64,000 nucleotides of DNA from Octopus vulgaris. Taxonomy: Eukaryota. Of this stretch, positions 26,795 to 40,572 are shown in pieces. Numbering within the stretch: position 1 is the stretch's first letter; every line of letters starts with the position of its first letter. The notes under the pieces were generated by a model. It saw only the letters and a program-made list of their open reading frames with translations, made no database searches and had not been told where the DNA came from. The translations under genes and the position numbers were made by a program. The DNA is taken from positions 53,630,001-53,694,000 of the forward strand of contig OX597822.1 in the NCBI GenBank assembly GCA_951406725.2, given 5' to 3'.

Positions 26795-28290
26795 GAAATT
26801 AGAATGACTAAAGAATAACCAGTTGTGTTATCAACTTCATTATCTTACAGCTGTTTCTGTTATAAGCATTCAACTCATTGTTGAATGCTTGAATATCACC
26901 CTATTAGATGTAAGCTAATGGACTTCATAACGTAATTTTTTTATTTCTTGTCATTCTAATCTCTAATTAGCGCTCTGTATTCGACTGATGCTTCGTTCTG
27001 AAGCATAAGTATATTGTGTTCTAACGCCAGGTTATCAATATCGATATGATAGTTAATTCATCCAATAATTCATTCACAGGAAAAGGAGAATTCTGTATTA
27101 CTGACCCAATAGCCTGTTCAGTAGTGTCCTGTATTTTTTTTTCATAAACGAACCTTCTTTATTAATTCTTGTTTCGTCTGTGGTATTGTCTGTATATTGA
27201 TAGAGTGGGAAGGCAAGAAATTTGGGAGATTTGGCTTCCGTGCATATGTCCAGATGTTCAGTAAGTTGGCTTTGTCTAGTTTTGGAATCATGTATTTGCT
27301 GACGATAAATATTTAATCTAGTTTTCATTGTGAGTTTAGTCTGTCCAATATAGTCTTCCTTGAATTCATTGCATTTGATGGCATATATTAATGTTTTTAA
27401 GAACTATTAAAATTATTTTTCACACGACAAACGTGTCCTGATTTAAAGTAATGTCCTCACAAGTTATGTTTTCACGAGTTCCACAGTTGGAACAACCATA
27501 CTTTTCAACTGTTGGACTTGAGTCCGTAGTTGGTACTTTCATGTTGGTAAGTAGTTTTTAGGGACTTTTGTTATTTGTAACTTTTTGGGGCATTTTATTA
27601 TTTTTTATGATTCAAGCACCTTTTTCATTCTTGGGTCTTGGCTTAATGATGGTAGGTTTTGATGGATAATGCAGAATGTTTCTATGCTTCTTGGATGTGA
27701 ATTGTAATTAAGATAGAGTTTTGGGTGTATCTGAACTGCTTTTGGCTTTTCGTAATTCTTTAATGTCTATTGCTGTGGCGCGTTCTCTATTAGAGTAGAC
27801 GGGTACTTCCTTTCAAGTAAAGCTTATTTTAATTCAAAGAGTCTTTAATTCTAAACATCCAGATTGAAAACAATTATTAGGATTCTTCGATTTAGGTTAA
27901 ATGGTATATTGGATTAGGTTAGGGTTAGGGTTAGGGTTTTGGATGGTATGAAGAAAATAGTAGGAAGTGTTTAGAGTCCGTTGGTTTCTAGTAGATGTCT
28001 TTGATCCTGTCAGTCTTAATAACCAAAATGTCTAAGAATGGAAGTTGGCAACGGCTAAATTCCATGGTGAACTAAATGCTGCTATTGATGCTTCAGAGTA
28101 GGAATTTGAAATCATTGAGTTAAGCTGGGTTGTAAATCCAGAGAATAAGGCAGTCATCTAAATATCGTTTCCAATTTTTCATCTGATAATTCTGGAAGTT
28201 GATATCATACTTTGTCTTAGCTTATCCATATATAACAAAGTTGGCATATGTTGTGGCAACTTTTGCATCCATCGCAGTTCCAAAGACATA
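26795..28290 (-). mobile_element. Penelope-like retroelement remnant (RT, GIY-YIG endonuclease, 3' non-coding end)
   Basis: Minus-strand fragments GTAMDAKVATTYAN, WKRYLDDCLILW, FLDILVIK, HPK..NIPFNL and IYAIKCNEFKEDYIGQTKLTMKTRLNIYRQQI (GIY-YIG). Degenerate HHR-like motif near 26845-26910. Confidence 0.85.
27914..27936 (+). repeat. Short interstitial telomeric repeat TTAGG(TTAGGG)3
   Basis: Read directly from the sequence; lies inside the PLE RT remnant. Confidence 0.75.
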
Positions 28291-28797
28291 AATCAATGTA
28301 AAATATTTCCTATGTCACTATCCAGAGTCATAATCCTCTTTAAAATGTCAAACTAGAATCATTCTTAATGATATGAGTTTTCAGATTTCTTGTCATCTAA
28401 AAATAATTTCTTGCTAAACTAAAAATAATTTTCCCAGCAATCAGAGAATCTGGTTCATCAACATCAGACTTGCTTTCGTCATTTGAAGTCTTTATCTCCT
28501 ATTTCAATATTAACATTTAAAAGATTAATGTAATATGTCAAACTGTTTGTTTGTCACAGTTACAATATGGACAACATCAACAATAGTAATAGATTTCAGA
28601 AATGTGAATAAGTAAATAAACAAAACTGTTTATATACCGCATACACATGTTAATCATGAATAATATTCTAAAAACTAATTTGAAAAGCATTCTCGATATT
28701 TTGGGGTATTTCCATATATTCAATAAAGACGTCCACTGCGCCTATAGCATTAAGTATCGTCCTGAATTGTATGTGCATATATGTGTGTGTGGAGAGA

Positions 28798-28837
<40 letters not shown>

Positions 28838-29111
28838 GAGACAGAGAGAGGGAGACATTTTTAATAAATATTTCCTTCTCGAGCCATGCCAGGCTTATGA
28901 GGGCCGGTTTCACGGTTTCAATGACGTGTATAATCCCTACCTGAGTGGACTGGAGCAATGGAGTCTTCCTCCCTATAATAGGAAATAGATGAAATTAAAA
29001 TCAAGGAAAATAAATGACTTGCATTTCAAACTGATATTTCTAGGGTTAAAAATAAAACGAAAACAATCAAACCAAAATCAACCAAAACTGAAACCGAGTA
29101 ACGTTTAACTA

Positions 29112-29166
<55 letters not shown>

Positions 29167-29280
29167 AGTAGACAAATGAATTATCTTATTACGGATAATT
29201 CGAAAGATAACCGATACATGGGTAGCAAAGCAGTCATCGAAAAACTTGTTGTGCATTTTGTTGGAGAATTAAGTTCCTAG

Positions 29281-29366
29281 ATTTTCCTGAAGAGAAAGCT
29301 GCATAATGGACTCCTTATTCATTCGGAATTAGGGATTTTGCAGACTTCGAAACATATGTCGAAAAT
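29281..29366 (+). ncRNA. Type I hammerhead ribozyme motif, intact core
   Basis: ATTTTC-CTGAAGA-GAA..CTGCA/TGCAG..TTC-GAAA-CATATG-TC-GAAAAT. Stem III is the palindrome ACATATGT; GUC cleavage triplet. Confidence 0.82.
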
Positions 29367-29417
29367 AAAATAAAGGAACTTTGTTAAATCTTCGTTCAGC
29401 TCCATTCTTTCCTATAC

Positions 29418-29485
<68 letters not shown>

Positions 29486-29505
29486 ACACATATATACTTA
29501 TATAC

Positions 29506-29567
<62 letters not shown>

Positions 29568-29867
29568 ATATACATATATATATTCATATATATATATATA
29601 TATATATATATCATATATATAAATACATATATATATATATGTGTGTGTGTGTGTGCGTGTGTAAACGCGGAGTAGATGAAACAGAGACAACTGATAAAGG
29701 GTAATATTCTTTATGTTGCATGTCTCGTTTCTCTGTTTGTTTGGGTTTTTTTGTTGTTCGAAAAAGAGGTTCGTTTCTATGTTTTTACTTTTATGTTTTC
29801 GTTTCTCATTGTGTTCAAAGTTTTTTTGATGTCCTGTACCCATATATGCATATATTTATATATTATT

Positions 29868-29943
<76 letters not shown>

Positions 29944-30006
29944 GCATGTATGTATATATGTATGTATTCATTTATTTATACATTTTTTTTGCCTTTTCTG
30001 TTTTAG

Positions 30007-30108
30007 AATACGCTCCAGGCGAAGAGAAATCTTTTTGTGCTAACATTGACTATTACAATCAAGGTTATGAACGAGTGGAAAAAGCCAGTACATCAATGGC
30101 CATAACAC
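30007..30108 (+). CDS. CACNG: CACNG/TARP-like gene, internal coding exon (end of first extracellular loop)
   Basis: Acceptor ttttctgttttag|AA and donor C|gtgagt; 102 bp, phase 1-1. Encodes (E)YAPGEEKSFCANIDYYNQGYERVEKASTSMAIT(R), resembling the CACNG C-x-x-I-D-[YH] loop segment. Splices in frame to the exon at 35948. Confidence 0.85.
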
Positions 30109-31117
30109 GTGAGTAAATATGTATATGTATACTGTCTCCTTTCTGTTTGTATATAAGTGTGTATGTAAGAGGGATTATGTGAACAAAGATAGATAACTAA
30201 GTATAGAAGTGAATGGAATAGATATGTATACAAAATAATACAAATCATAAAATACGCATTAATAACTCCAAATTCCTTGCTTAAATTAAACTTTTTATCA
30301 ACCATTCATCAAACAATGTCTTCTTGGCCAAAGGCAAAATTAAGCGGATTCAAAATTATGTAAATTTCCTCTTCTTTGAATGTTGAGGTATGACTGTTGT
30401 AAAAGGCACGACATTTAATTGCTAAAAACAAGTTATTTATAGTAATTCATGGGGTGCACGCACATCATCAATATTTGAACCAAAAATGCATCTATTCATT
30501 CTCAAAGCGCTCTCGTAGAGTCCAACGTGAATATATGATCGCTTTTGCTTTTCTTCTTCGAAGAACACCTCTTCACTGTAGACGAAGTTTACTCATAACA
30601 CGTGTTTCACCAGTGTAAGGGGACTTCAGACACTGAATTGTTTCGACCTTATAGTGTGCCTCCTCGGTAACAGCTGTTTCACGGAATATGAATCCAACAA
30701 GATTACGAGCTGTTGTTTATAGAAATCAGAAAAGAAATTACTTGCTGATGCGTGCTGGTAGGGTGAGAACATAACAGCGAGATTCCAAAGGATAACTTAT
30801 CCGCTCATTCTTAATACGTTCAAGCAGATTCGAACGTGAATGATGGCTTTTCTTCAACGGAGTCATTAAGTTATTGAAGAAACAGAGCTGACAATTCAAA
30901 GATAGATAAAATGGAAGAAAATGAAATTAAGTATAAAAGGAAAATAAAAATATGAAAACATAAGTACGAACAGAGACTCAGCTAGGTTATTGGGCACCAA
31001 TAATGTCGAATTGAGTTAATTACTGTCTCTTAATTTGTTATATTTAGATAACTTCCCTGTTTAATTAACTGCTAATTAAGCGGGAAACTCAGAATAACAA
31101 TGTATATTCTATGACAG

Positions 31118-31160
31118 ATTATATATATATATGTATATAAATATACACACACACACACAC

Positions 31161-31206
<46 letters not shown>

Positions 31207-31270
31207 TATATGTATATACATATATATACATATATATATACATATATATATTCATATATATATAATATGT

Positions 31271-31303
<33 letters not shown>

Positions 31304-31359
31304 TATATACATACATATATATATATATGTATACATATATACATACATATATATATATG

Positions 31360-31399
<40 letters not shown>

Positions 31400-31458
31400 T
31401 ACATACATATATATATATATATGTATGTATGTATATATATATATATATACAAATATAC

Positions 31459-31489
<31 letters not shown>

Positions 31490-31496
31490 CATATAT

Positions 31497-31569
<73 letters not shown>

Positions 31570-31606
31570 CATACATATATATATATATATATGTATGTAT
31601 ATATGT

Positions 31607-31652
<46 letters not shown>

Positions 31653-31801
31653 ATATATATATATATGTATGTATACATATATATATGTATGTATGTATGT
31701 ATATATATATATGTATGTATATATGTATATATGTATGTATATATGTATATATGTATATATGTATATATATATATATGTATGTATATATGTATATATATAT
31801 G

Positions 31802-31872
<71 letters not shown>

Positions 31873-31885
31873 ATGTATATATATA
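31118..31885. repeat. Large compound (TA)/(TACA)/(TATG)/(TG) microsatellite
   Basis: Read directly. Similar arrays at 8640-8815, 29420-29660, 36590-36960 and 56110-56430. Confidence 0.97.
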
Positions 31886-32269
31886 CTCTTACTCTTTAAC
31901 TTGTTTCAGTCATTTGAGTGCGGTCATGCTACAGCACCGCCTTTAGTCGAGCAAATCGACCCCGGGACTTATTCTTTGTAAGCCCAGTACTTATTCTATC
32001 GGTCTCTTTTGCCGAATCGCTAAGTGACGGGGACGTAAACACACCAGCATCGGTTGTCAAGCAATGCTAGGGGGACAAACACAGACACACAAACACACAC
32101 ATACATATATATACATATACACGACAGGCTTCTTTCAGTTTCTGTCTACTAAATCCACTCATAAGGCATTGGTCGGCCCGGTGCTATTGCCCAAGATGCC
32201 ACGCAGTGGGACTGAACCCGGAACCATGTGGTTGGTTAGCAAGCTACTTACCACACAGCCACTCCTGCA

Positions 32270-32271
<2 letters not shown>
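31886..32271 (-). mobile_element. tRNA-derived SINE with internal (TA/TG)n microsatellite
   Basis: Head GTGGCTGTGTGGTAAG..GGTTCAGTCCC, CORE-like CTTGGGCAA, tail ending GAAACAAGT..AGAGT. Other copies at 3565-3720, 14119-14460, 33519-33895, 41818-42502 and 59811-60215. Confidence 0.85.
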
Positions 32272-32339
<68 letters not shown>

Positions 32340-32350
32340 AATTTATATTC

Positions 32351-32440
32351 TACAGGACTATACTGTTTCATTCAAGAGAAATCTTCAGGAAGCCCTGAGC
32401 TTCCTGAAGATTTCTCTTGAATGAAACAGTATATCCTGTA
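32351..32440. repeat. Near-perfect hairpin, 42-43 bp arms with a 5-nt loop
   Basis: Arms differ by one indel. Each arm carries CTGAAGA..GAAA on one strand. Confidence 0.9.
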
Positions 32441-32529
32441 TCCTTCTATATATAAATTAATTTTATCTGCTATGTATTGAGTACCTTTATTTACTGTGGT
32501 TAACCCCGAATCAACCCGGGACCTACATA

Positions 32530-32587
<58 letters not shown>

Positions 32588-34129
32588 CATTTATTAATTC
32601 GTTTTGCAAGATTCCTAATGGGAAATCGTGCGTTGAAACAGATATTGTTGTATTTCGGGATGGTCATTTTTTTGCCAAATAAACACACGCACTATATATT
32701 TTTTTGTTAACTCTTTTAGTACTGTTCTTATTTTATTATTTTAACTCATGTTCATTGCCCGGAAACTTTTCGTTACACATCTGTGACCTCTTCAGCGACA
32801 CTTTACGTTTTCGTGTGTGTTCCTGCTCCATTTACTCAATTCTGTTCTTCTAAGATGTGTATCCTTACGTGTGCATGCGTTTGTGTCCTTGTTTGTTTGC
32901 ATTGTGAATGTGTGAGTGTGTATGTGCGTGTGTGTGTCTGCATGTGTGTGTATGGGTGTGTGTATGCACTTCAGTTCACAATTCTGATGGATATATTAAA
33001 GTTCTGGTGGATATATTAAAAAAATGAACCCACTTATTCTAACCAGTTGTTAGTTTAAGAGTGCTGAGCCGCTTCACCAATGTTAATACACATGAAATTC
33101 TATCAGGGTTTCATGAAGAGCTGAAATCGAGTCTCTTAGCGCTGTAAATAATCTGATGGATTATCGGATCTCTTATCGCAGGTTTGTCCTGTATTGGCAA
33201 AAGAAGGTCTTGCAATGAATTTCCCATTGATGTTTTCCAGTGATGACAAACTGATAGACGGAATACTTTAAGGAGGTGGTGGTTCAAGAAATGACAACAC
33301 TTAAACCGGTCATATGCCTGACGTACATATACAAGTAGACACACACAAACACACACACGCACACGCACACACACACGCACACATACACACGTATATGTAT
33401 GTGTGTGTATATATATAATGTAGGTGGTTAGAATAATCACCAGCTGTTTCCTCTTGAAGCACATCTGCTTATTTGGTTATTATAATCCAGCATGTAGTCT
33501 CAGTTGCTGCTGTGGGAGACTCTTTTACTTGTTTCAGTCATTTGACTATGGCCATGCTAGAGCACCGCCTTCAGTCGAGCAAATCGACACCAGGACTTAT
33601 TCTTTGTAAGCCTCGTACTTATTCTATCGGTCTCTTTTGCCGAACCGCTACGTTACGGGGACGTAAACACACCAGCATCGATTGTCAAGCGATGTTGGTG
33701 GGGATAAACAGAGACACCCAAACATATATACACACACATATATACATATGCATATATACGACGGGCTTCTTTCAGTTTCCGCCTACTAAATCCACTCACA
33801 CGGCTTTGGTCGGCCCGAGGCTATAGTGGAAGACACTTGCACAAGGTGCCACGCAGTGGGACTGAACCAGGAACCATGTGGTTCATAAGCAAGCTTCAAA
33901 ATGCATAATTAAAATTGAGAATTATAGAAAGATCATTTACAAAGTTATTGTATAACAAAACAAGAAATTAGAAATTTTTGGGTATTTTTATTAACTATTA
34001 CAAGTGTTTCAATTATTAACAGGAATTACAAAGGTTTACATTTTACATAGATATGTAAGGCATTTAATACTGAAAATTCTTCCGATACAGAAATGTTGCA
34101 CATGCTGCACACAAGGGGTAGGAATGCAA

Positions 34130-34690
34130 GTAAAATATCCAGATATGACGCTCTTAACCCATATCAAAATCAGCTGTGGCAAATGTGCCTGTTATGTTTG
34201 AGTGGTAGGTACATTAAAATCACTCTTACCCGACTAAGGATTTTACCAGTTAAGGATTTTACTTGATAATCGTCATTGAATCCATCTGTTCCAATTTCTG
34301 TTTTCCCAGAATTAACATGTAAACCAACTAGATTAGCTACATGTTCAACACAAGGTGATAAATTTTCTACCTAACTGCAACGATTCATTGATCATTAATG
34401 ATATCACGAGCATACACAAAATCCTTTAGTCGTATCTCTGGATATTGTGATCCCTCCTAGTTTCTGTAGCTATTCCACAATCTTTATAAGAGATGTTTCT
34501 TCCACTGAATAATCCAAAAGGAATAATGAATAAATATAGAGCCTATGTATCACCTAGAAATATGCCAGATAAAATACTGAAAAAAGAGGTTTCTCCATCT
34601 GGCGTTATCGTATGAGCTTCTGTGTTCTTGTAGATTAGTTTAATTGCATTTACTATCAAAGTTACTATGCCAATATACTTCAAGAATTTG
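34130..34690 (-). mobile_element. Decayed LINE RT fragment (RTE/RTEX-like)
   Basis: Minus-strand fragments IVNAIKLIYKNTEAHTITPDGETSFFSILSGIF.GDT.ALYLFII and VANLVGLHVNSGKTE. Confidence 0.6.
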
Positions 34691-34919
34691 AAAGATCTGT
34701 GAATAGTAATGTTAATGGCAAATTGATAAAGTACAATATTAAAGCCTCATAGCAGCCAAATTACCAAATGGTTTCATACCAGAGGTTGAAAATAAGTACG
34801 ACAATCATAATAAGTGTGATTATGGCACCACTTGGACTAAACTCTCAACTTCTCTCTCTTATGAAACCCACTGGTAACTTTGCTATTATGGAACTCTAAT
34901 ACCGTATAATAAAAATAAA

Positions 34920-34944
34920 AATAATAATAATAATAATAATGATG

Positions 34945-35001
<57 letters not shown>

Positions 35002-35221
35002 GTTTCAAATTATGGCACGAGACCAAAAATTTCATGGGAGGGGATAATTTGATTGCATCGACCCCAGTCTTTCTCTGGCACTTAATTTACTGAGTCCGAA
35101 AGGATAAAAGACCAAGTCGACTTCTGTGAAGTTTGAACTCAGGACGTCATTAAGATGGACGAAATACCGCTAAGCTTTTTTTCCAGCGTGCTAACGATTC
35201 TGCCAGCTCACCGCCTAAATA

Positions 35222-35256
<35 letters not shown>

Positions 35257-35265
35257 AACAATGAC

Positions 35266-35327
<62 letters not shown>

Positions 35328-35338
35328 TAATAATAATG

Positions 35339-35384
<46 letters not shown>

Positions 35385-35410
35385 TAATAATAATAATAAT
35401 AATAATAATA
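34920..35410. repeat. (AAT)n arrays flanking a SINE on both sides
   Basis: Arrays at 34920-35000 and 35218-35410. Confidence 0.95.
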
Positions 35411-35947
35411 AAGGTTACAATGATACAGTAGACACATTCACCTATAACTTTAAAGGACATTGGTGAACTGTTCCTGTCAATAACTCTGTAAAATGTAAGG
35501 CTGACCTACATGGCATAACGATCAGGTAAATAAAACAAACGTGAACAGTAGTGGACATCAGATGTCTAGTAGGCGTTAACATAGTTTTAAAGGTAAAGGG
35601 ATATACGGTAAAAAATACATTTTTTAAAGTGTGTATGCTACATCCAGACTATAACTTCGCTTTTATACCTATGATTATTATGGCACTTGTTTATGTAACA
35701 AACTACATCGCTATCAATCTTTAAAAGCTGGCTTTCACAAAACCAGACAAAAATAGAACGTATACGCTTCTAAGAATGCATATGCAATTACAAACCTACA
35801 TAAAATACACAAACGTAAATATACATATCTTTGCATTATTCTAATACAGTGCATGGTCGTACATACTCATCATATATTCTTTATATCTATAATATATGAG
35901 ATGTGTTTTGTTAATATGAACAATTTACTTCTATTTCTACTTTACAG

Positions 35948-36082
35948 GGGCCATCCGTTTATCAGCGCCATACCCAGTTGTTGCTCTCTTGATGATTGTT
36001 ATAGCAGCCATTATCAGCGTTATTGGCAACATTAGAACAGATGTAAAAACTTTGATCGGAGCTGTTATATATGTTTTCTCCG
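35948..36082 (+). CDS. CACNG: CACNG/TARP-like gene, internal coding exon (TM2 to TM3); absent from the ORF track
   Basis: Acceptor ctactttacag|GG and donor G|gtatga; 135 bp, phase 1-1. Encodes (R)AIRLSAPYPVVALLMIVIAAIISVIGNIRTDVKTLIGAVIYVFS(G), similar to stargazin AVRASSIFPILS...GIFFVSAG. Confidence 0.9.
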
Positions 36083-37273
36083 GTATGATTCCCCTTTATT
36101 CATTGTATTGTTCTTCATTACTTTCGCTATAATTTCTGTTTTCTCTTCTCTAAATCTAATTATCTTCACTCAACGCCATCCGCTCACTCACTACAACCAT
36201 TCTTCTAGAAGCAATTGTACTGTTTGGTTATATTTACTGTTATTGCTTTTCATTTGTCTCTTTTTTCCTTTTTGCGTTCTTTTTTATTGTTAGCAATGAT
36301 AATAATTTTATGGAACAATAATAGGAGAGGACAATGAAGAGCGGCAAGATGCTGGAATTGGTAAAGGTGAGAGAAGAAGAGAGAGTCTAAATGGCGTAAA
36401 GTATTTGGTTTTGGTCATCTTTGTTTAGGTTTAAGGAAACTAGGAGTTTCGTGTTCGATCCCAAACCATGGTAAGTTGGGCCAACGTCTTTAACAGCGGC
36501 TTTAGATTGGCCAATGCCTTGTAAGTCAAATTTGGTAATTAGAAACCGTACGGGAAACCATCATATATGTGTGTGTATGTGTGCGTATGCATATGTATGC
36601 ACATACATATATATGCAAGATAAAACTTACTGGGAAAAGGATGCATGGCGTTCGATCATATAATAATATAAATAATATATAAATATATGCATATATACAT
36701 ACATATATGTACATACCTACATATATATGTATATATACATACATATATGGGTACATTGTGTTCAACGTTTTTTTTTATGTCCTGTACCCATATATGCATG
36801 TATATATACATATATATGTAGGTATGTACATATAAGTATGTATATATGCATATATTTATGTATTATTTATATTACATATATATGCATACATATGTATGCA
36901 TACATGTGTGTGTATGTATGTGTGTGTGTGTGCGTGTGTGTATATGTGTGGAGTGTGTGGTAGAAGTCATCCCGTGACCGAGTATGATTACGTCGTAACT
37001 TAGTAAGTCTGTATAAACGTTCCGAGTATCCAAGAAGTTCCCGTGTGCTAATTTGCTTTGAGTGGATAGTGTTGCACAACACTGAACCCATTTTCAGCAC
37101 AACCAACTTTAAAACCAGTGGCACAACAGAGGTTGAGACAAGTAGAAACCAAATGCACTTCAGGTTCTTTTTATACGAGTTTACCTTCTCTTAGAAAAAA
37201 GTTCTAATGAAAAGTACGTGTCCTTCCATCCAGTGGTTCATATGCTTAGCCCACAGCTGATACTCTAACGGGT

Positions 37274-37664
37274 GTGGAGACGCAATGGCCCAGTGATTAG
37301 GGCAGCAGATTCGCGGTCATAGGATCGCGGTTTCGATTCCCAGACCGGGCGTTGTGAGTGTTTATTGAGCGAAAACACCTAAAAAGCTCCACGAGGCTCC
37401 GGCAGGGGATGGTGGTGATCCCTGCTGTACTCTTTCACCACAACTTTCTCTCATTCTTACTTCCTGTTTCTGTTGTACCTGTATTTCAAGGGGCCGGCCT
37501 TGTCACTCTCTGCGTCACGCTGAATATTCCCGAGAACTACGTTAAGGGTGCACGTGTCTGTGGAGTGCTCAGCCACTTACACGTTAATTTTATGAGCAGG
37601 CTGTTTCGTTGATTCGGATCAACCGGAACCCTCATCGTCGTAACCGACGGAGTGCTTCCATCCC
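37274..37664 (+). mobile_element. Full-length tRNA(Arg)-like SINE (octopus OR-type)
   Basis: A box TGGCCCAGTGA, B box GTTTCGATTCC. 12-bp TSD ACTCTAACGGGT at 37262-37273 and 37665-37676. Confidence 0.9.
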
Positions 37665-38443
37665 ACTCTAACGGGTATTACTACGCCGGGTCTGAGTACA
37701 CCTATGAACAATAGTGACTATGACATAGTTCCACACTCCTCAAAACCTTATTTAAGGGTTCACAAAAAATATAAGTAGGCTGTATGTTTTAGCTGGTCAG
37801 TAAGTTTCTTTACTTGTTGATGTTATTTAGTGTATTTCCTGTTTGAATTTGGAAGGTGGAGGTTATTAGTCGAGCATGTCATGGTAGTGGTAGTATAGAA
37901 ATTTGTTTGTATCACGCTTTGATGCCCATAGTAAGATATGGGTAGGTGTGAAAGTTGTTGATCTGTATATTTCTCCCGAGGAGTTCGTTGTCCTATAAGT
38001 AATCTGATTAAATAGGTAGAAATTTTAAACTTTGTTTCATGGAGGTAGAGTTTGTGGGTTATACGTTTATATGTATTTTTCAATTCTGTTTCAAACGTGA
38101 GTAATTTATAATATAATTTATAATATAAAGCAAGGCATTATAAAAAAAAGTGTATATATATTCATATATAAAACTAGGAAAAAATTTAGTTTTAAAGATA
38201 GGTTTAATTTTTTTTTAATTTTCAAGTTTTTGATTTTAAAGAAGAGAGAATAAAAAGTAGAAGTGTCTTCGGAATTGCTTTCATGTAGATATATATTTAT
38301 GTAAATATATGTAGATTTGTGCAGTTATGCTGGGAAATCTTTTTATGAGGATTTTAATCGGAGATTGGGGAAGTTTTTAATGATTTCGTAGTTCTTGTTC
38401 AGTATAAATGTTGTTTTTTTATGTATGTATGTATATATATATA

Positions 38444-39978
38444 CAGTTGCAGCCAAAATGTTCAGAACGGCATTGTTTTCGTCAGAAAAGTAGGTACAAT
38501 TTTTTATCAAATTTGTTTTATATTCTATAATTTTCACAGACAATAAATACGATATTATTTGTTATTGTCTGAGATTCTGGTGTAATTTGAGAGGATAATA
38601 CAAAAGTTATGGATGATTTAGTGATTTACTGCAAAACCCATACCGGCCAAAATGATCAGAACGGTAGAAAAAATAACAAAATAATAAAAAATGACAGAGA
38701 ATACTGGAATTATTTAATATTTAGCGTGAAGCCCTTTAGCTTCAATCACACTTTGACATCTTCGACTGCATGAGGAAACTAAATTTTCAATTTCTTGCTG
38801 GGTAATCTTATTCAATTTTCTTCCTGATGGGCATTCCATAATTGCTCGGTTGTTTTATGATTTCTGGCTTTCGAACGTTCTCCTAGAATATTCCACACAT
38901 TTTCAATAGGATTGAGATCTGAGCTTTGAGCAGGCCAATCTATAACAATAACCTTTTCAGCCTTGAGGAAGTTTATGACCACTTTAGCCTTGTGACATGG
39001 GGCATTGTCCTGCATGAATATGGGTGGTCGCTTAGTTGAACTTCTCAGCACAGGCAAGACATGATCTTTTACAAGTTGTTTATAAACTCCTGCATTTTAC
39101 TTTCCATGTAATTGCACCAAAGGGCCCACACCATCTCCAGATATCATCCCCCAAACCATGACACTTCCTCTACCGAATTTAACACTAGTCTTAAGGCATT
39201 TAGTCGACAATTTTTCACCTACTTTTCGACGAAAAATAACATAAACTTAGATTCATCACTGAAATGCACCGTTTGCCATTTTTCTTGAGACCACAACACA
39301 TGTTCAGTTGCAAAGGTAAGACGACACTTTTTATTCTTGGAGCTGATCAGTGGCTTCACTGCAGGTGCTCTTGCTTGTAGGTCATGTTCAACTAAACGAC
39401 GAGACACAGTTTTTAACCAACTTTACCATAGCACGATCTTCTCTCTTGGTCATTTTTCTTGGCCTACCTGTAGACTTTCTTGCTTCACACGAACCACAAT
39501 CGTCGTAGACCTTAAGAATACCATGAACAACACTTTTTGACTTGTTAACAATCTTTGCAATAGACCTAATACTTAAATTATCCTTCTTTCGAAGCTTAAC
39601 AATCTGCTGACGAATTGGTAACGGGGTAAGTGGCATTATATAAACAATGTACACTGCAGATATTCTTACTAATGTTTAGTAAACGAACCGTCAAGTAAAC
39701 AGATTCAAAACATTAGAGTTCGCCGGTTCAATATACTAAAACACGGAGTAAAAGCAACCGTTCTGATCATTTTAGCCGCCATGGGTGTTACAGTAAATCA
39801 CTAAATTATCCATAACTTTTGTATTATCCTCTCAAATTCCACCAAAATCTCAGACAATAACAAATAATATCGTATTTATTGTCTGTGAAAATTATAGAAT
39901 ATAAAACAAATTTGATAAAAAATTATATCTACTTTTCTGACGAAAACAATGCCGTTCTGAACATTTTGGCTGCAACTG
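38444..39978 (-). mobile_element. Tc1 DNA transposon, decayed copy 2 of the same family
   Basis: Intact TIRs CAGTTGCAGCC...GGCTGCAACTG with TA on both sides. Transposase fragments 39388-39654, 39219-39407 and 38812-39057 include FSDESKF, QDNAPCH and DLNPIEN. Two internal deletions relative to copy 1. Confidence 0.95.
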
Positions 39979-40283
39979 TATATATATGTACAACAACAAC
40001 AATATGAGCTCAAATCGTACGAAGGTTAACTGTGCCTTTCATCCTTTCATGGTCCACTAATATATTATCGATTCAGAAGTCCAACGTTATGGATTGGCAA
40101 ATTGTCAGAGTGCCGGACGGAATACCATGCTGTATCCATTTCGCCTGTTTAAATTCTGACAGCCACCTGCCATGCCACTAGTGCCAAGCTGTATCAGCCT
40201 TTGCTCTTCCCATGGACAACACCAATGGCAAGAAAAAAGAAGGGGAAACTTTCATTCATGGCTATTGCTTGTCTTCCACATGA

Positions 40284-40339
<56 letters not shown>

Positions 40340-40486
40340 ACTTCCTTAAATCTTGTTCAATATTTCCAACTCAAAAATCGAAAAGAACTTTTGTTATAAC
40401 AGCATATATAAAAACACATACTAAAACATACGCACATACACATATACCCACATATAGATATACATATATACGTACATATATCTATA

Positions 40487-40572
<86 letters not shown>

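Noticed and set aside
31109-31981. Long YI/IY-rich ORFs, and all similar HT, CV, YLSI and poly-I/N ORFs
   Set aside because: Translations of microsatellites that lack stop codons.
34920-35410. Dong LINE as the mobilising partner of the AAT-flanked SINEs
   Set aside because: The SINE tail reads (ATT)n on its sense strand whereas Dong ends in (TAA)n, and no shared 3' sequence was seen.
37700-38400. Possible LINE RT C-terminal remnant on the minus strand
   Set aside because: Only a vague resemblance; no diagnostic motif recovered.
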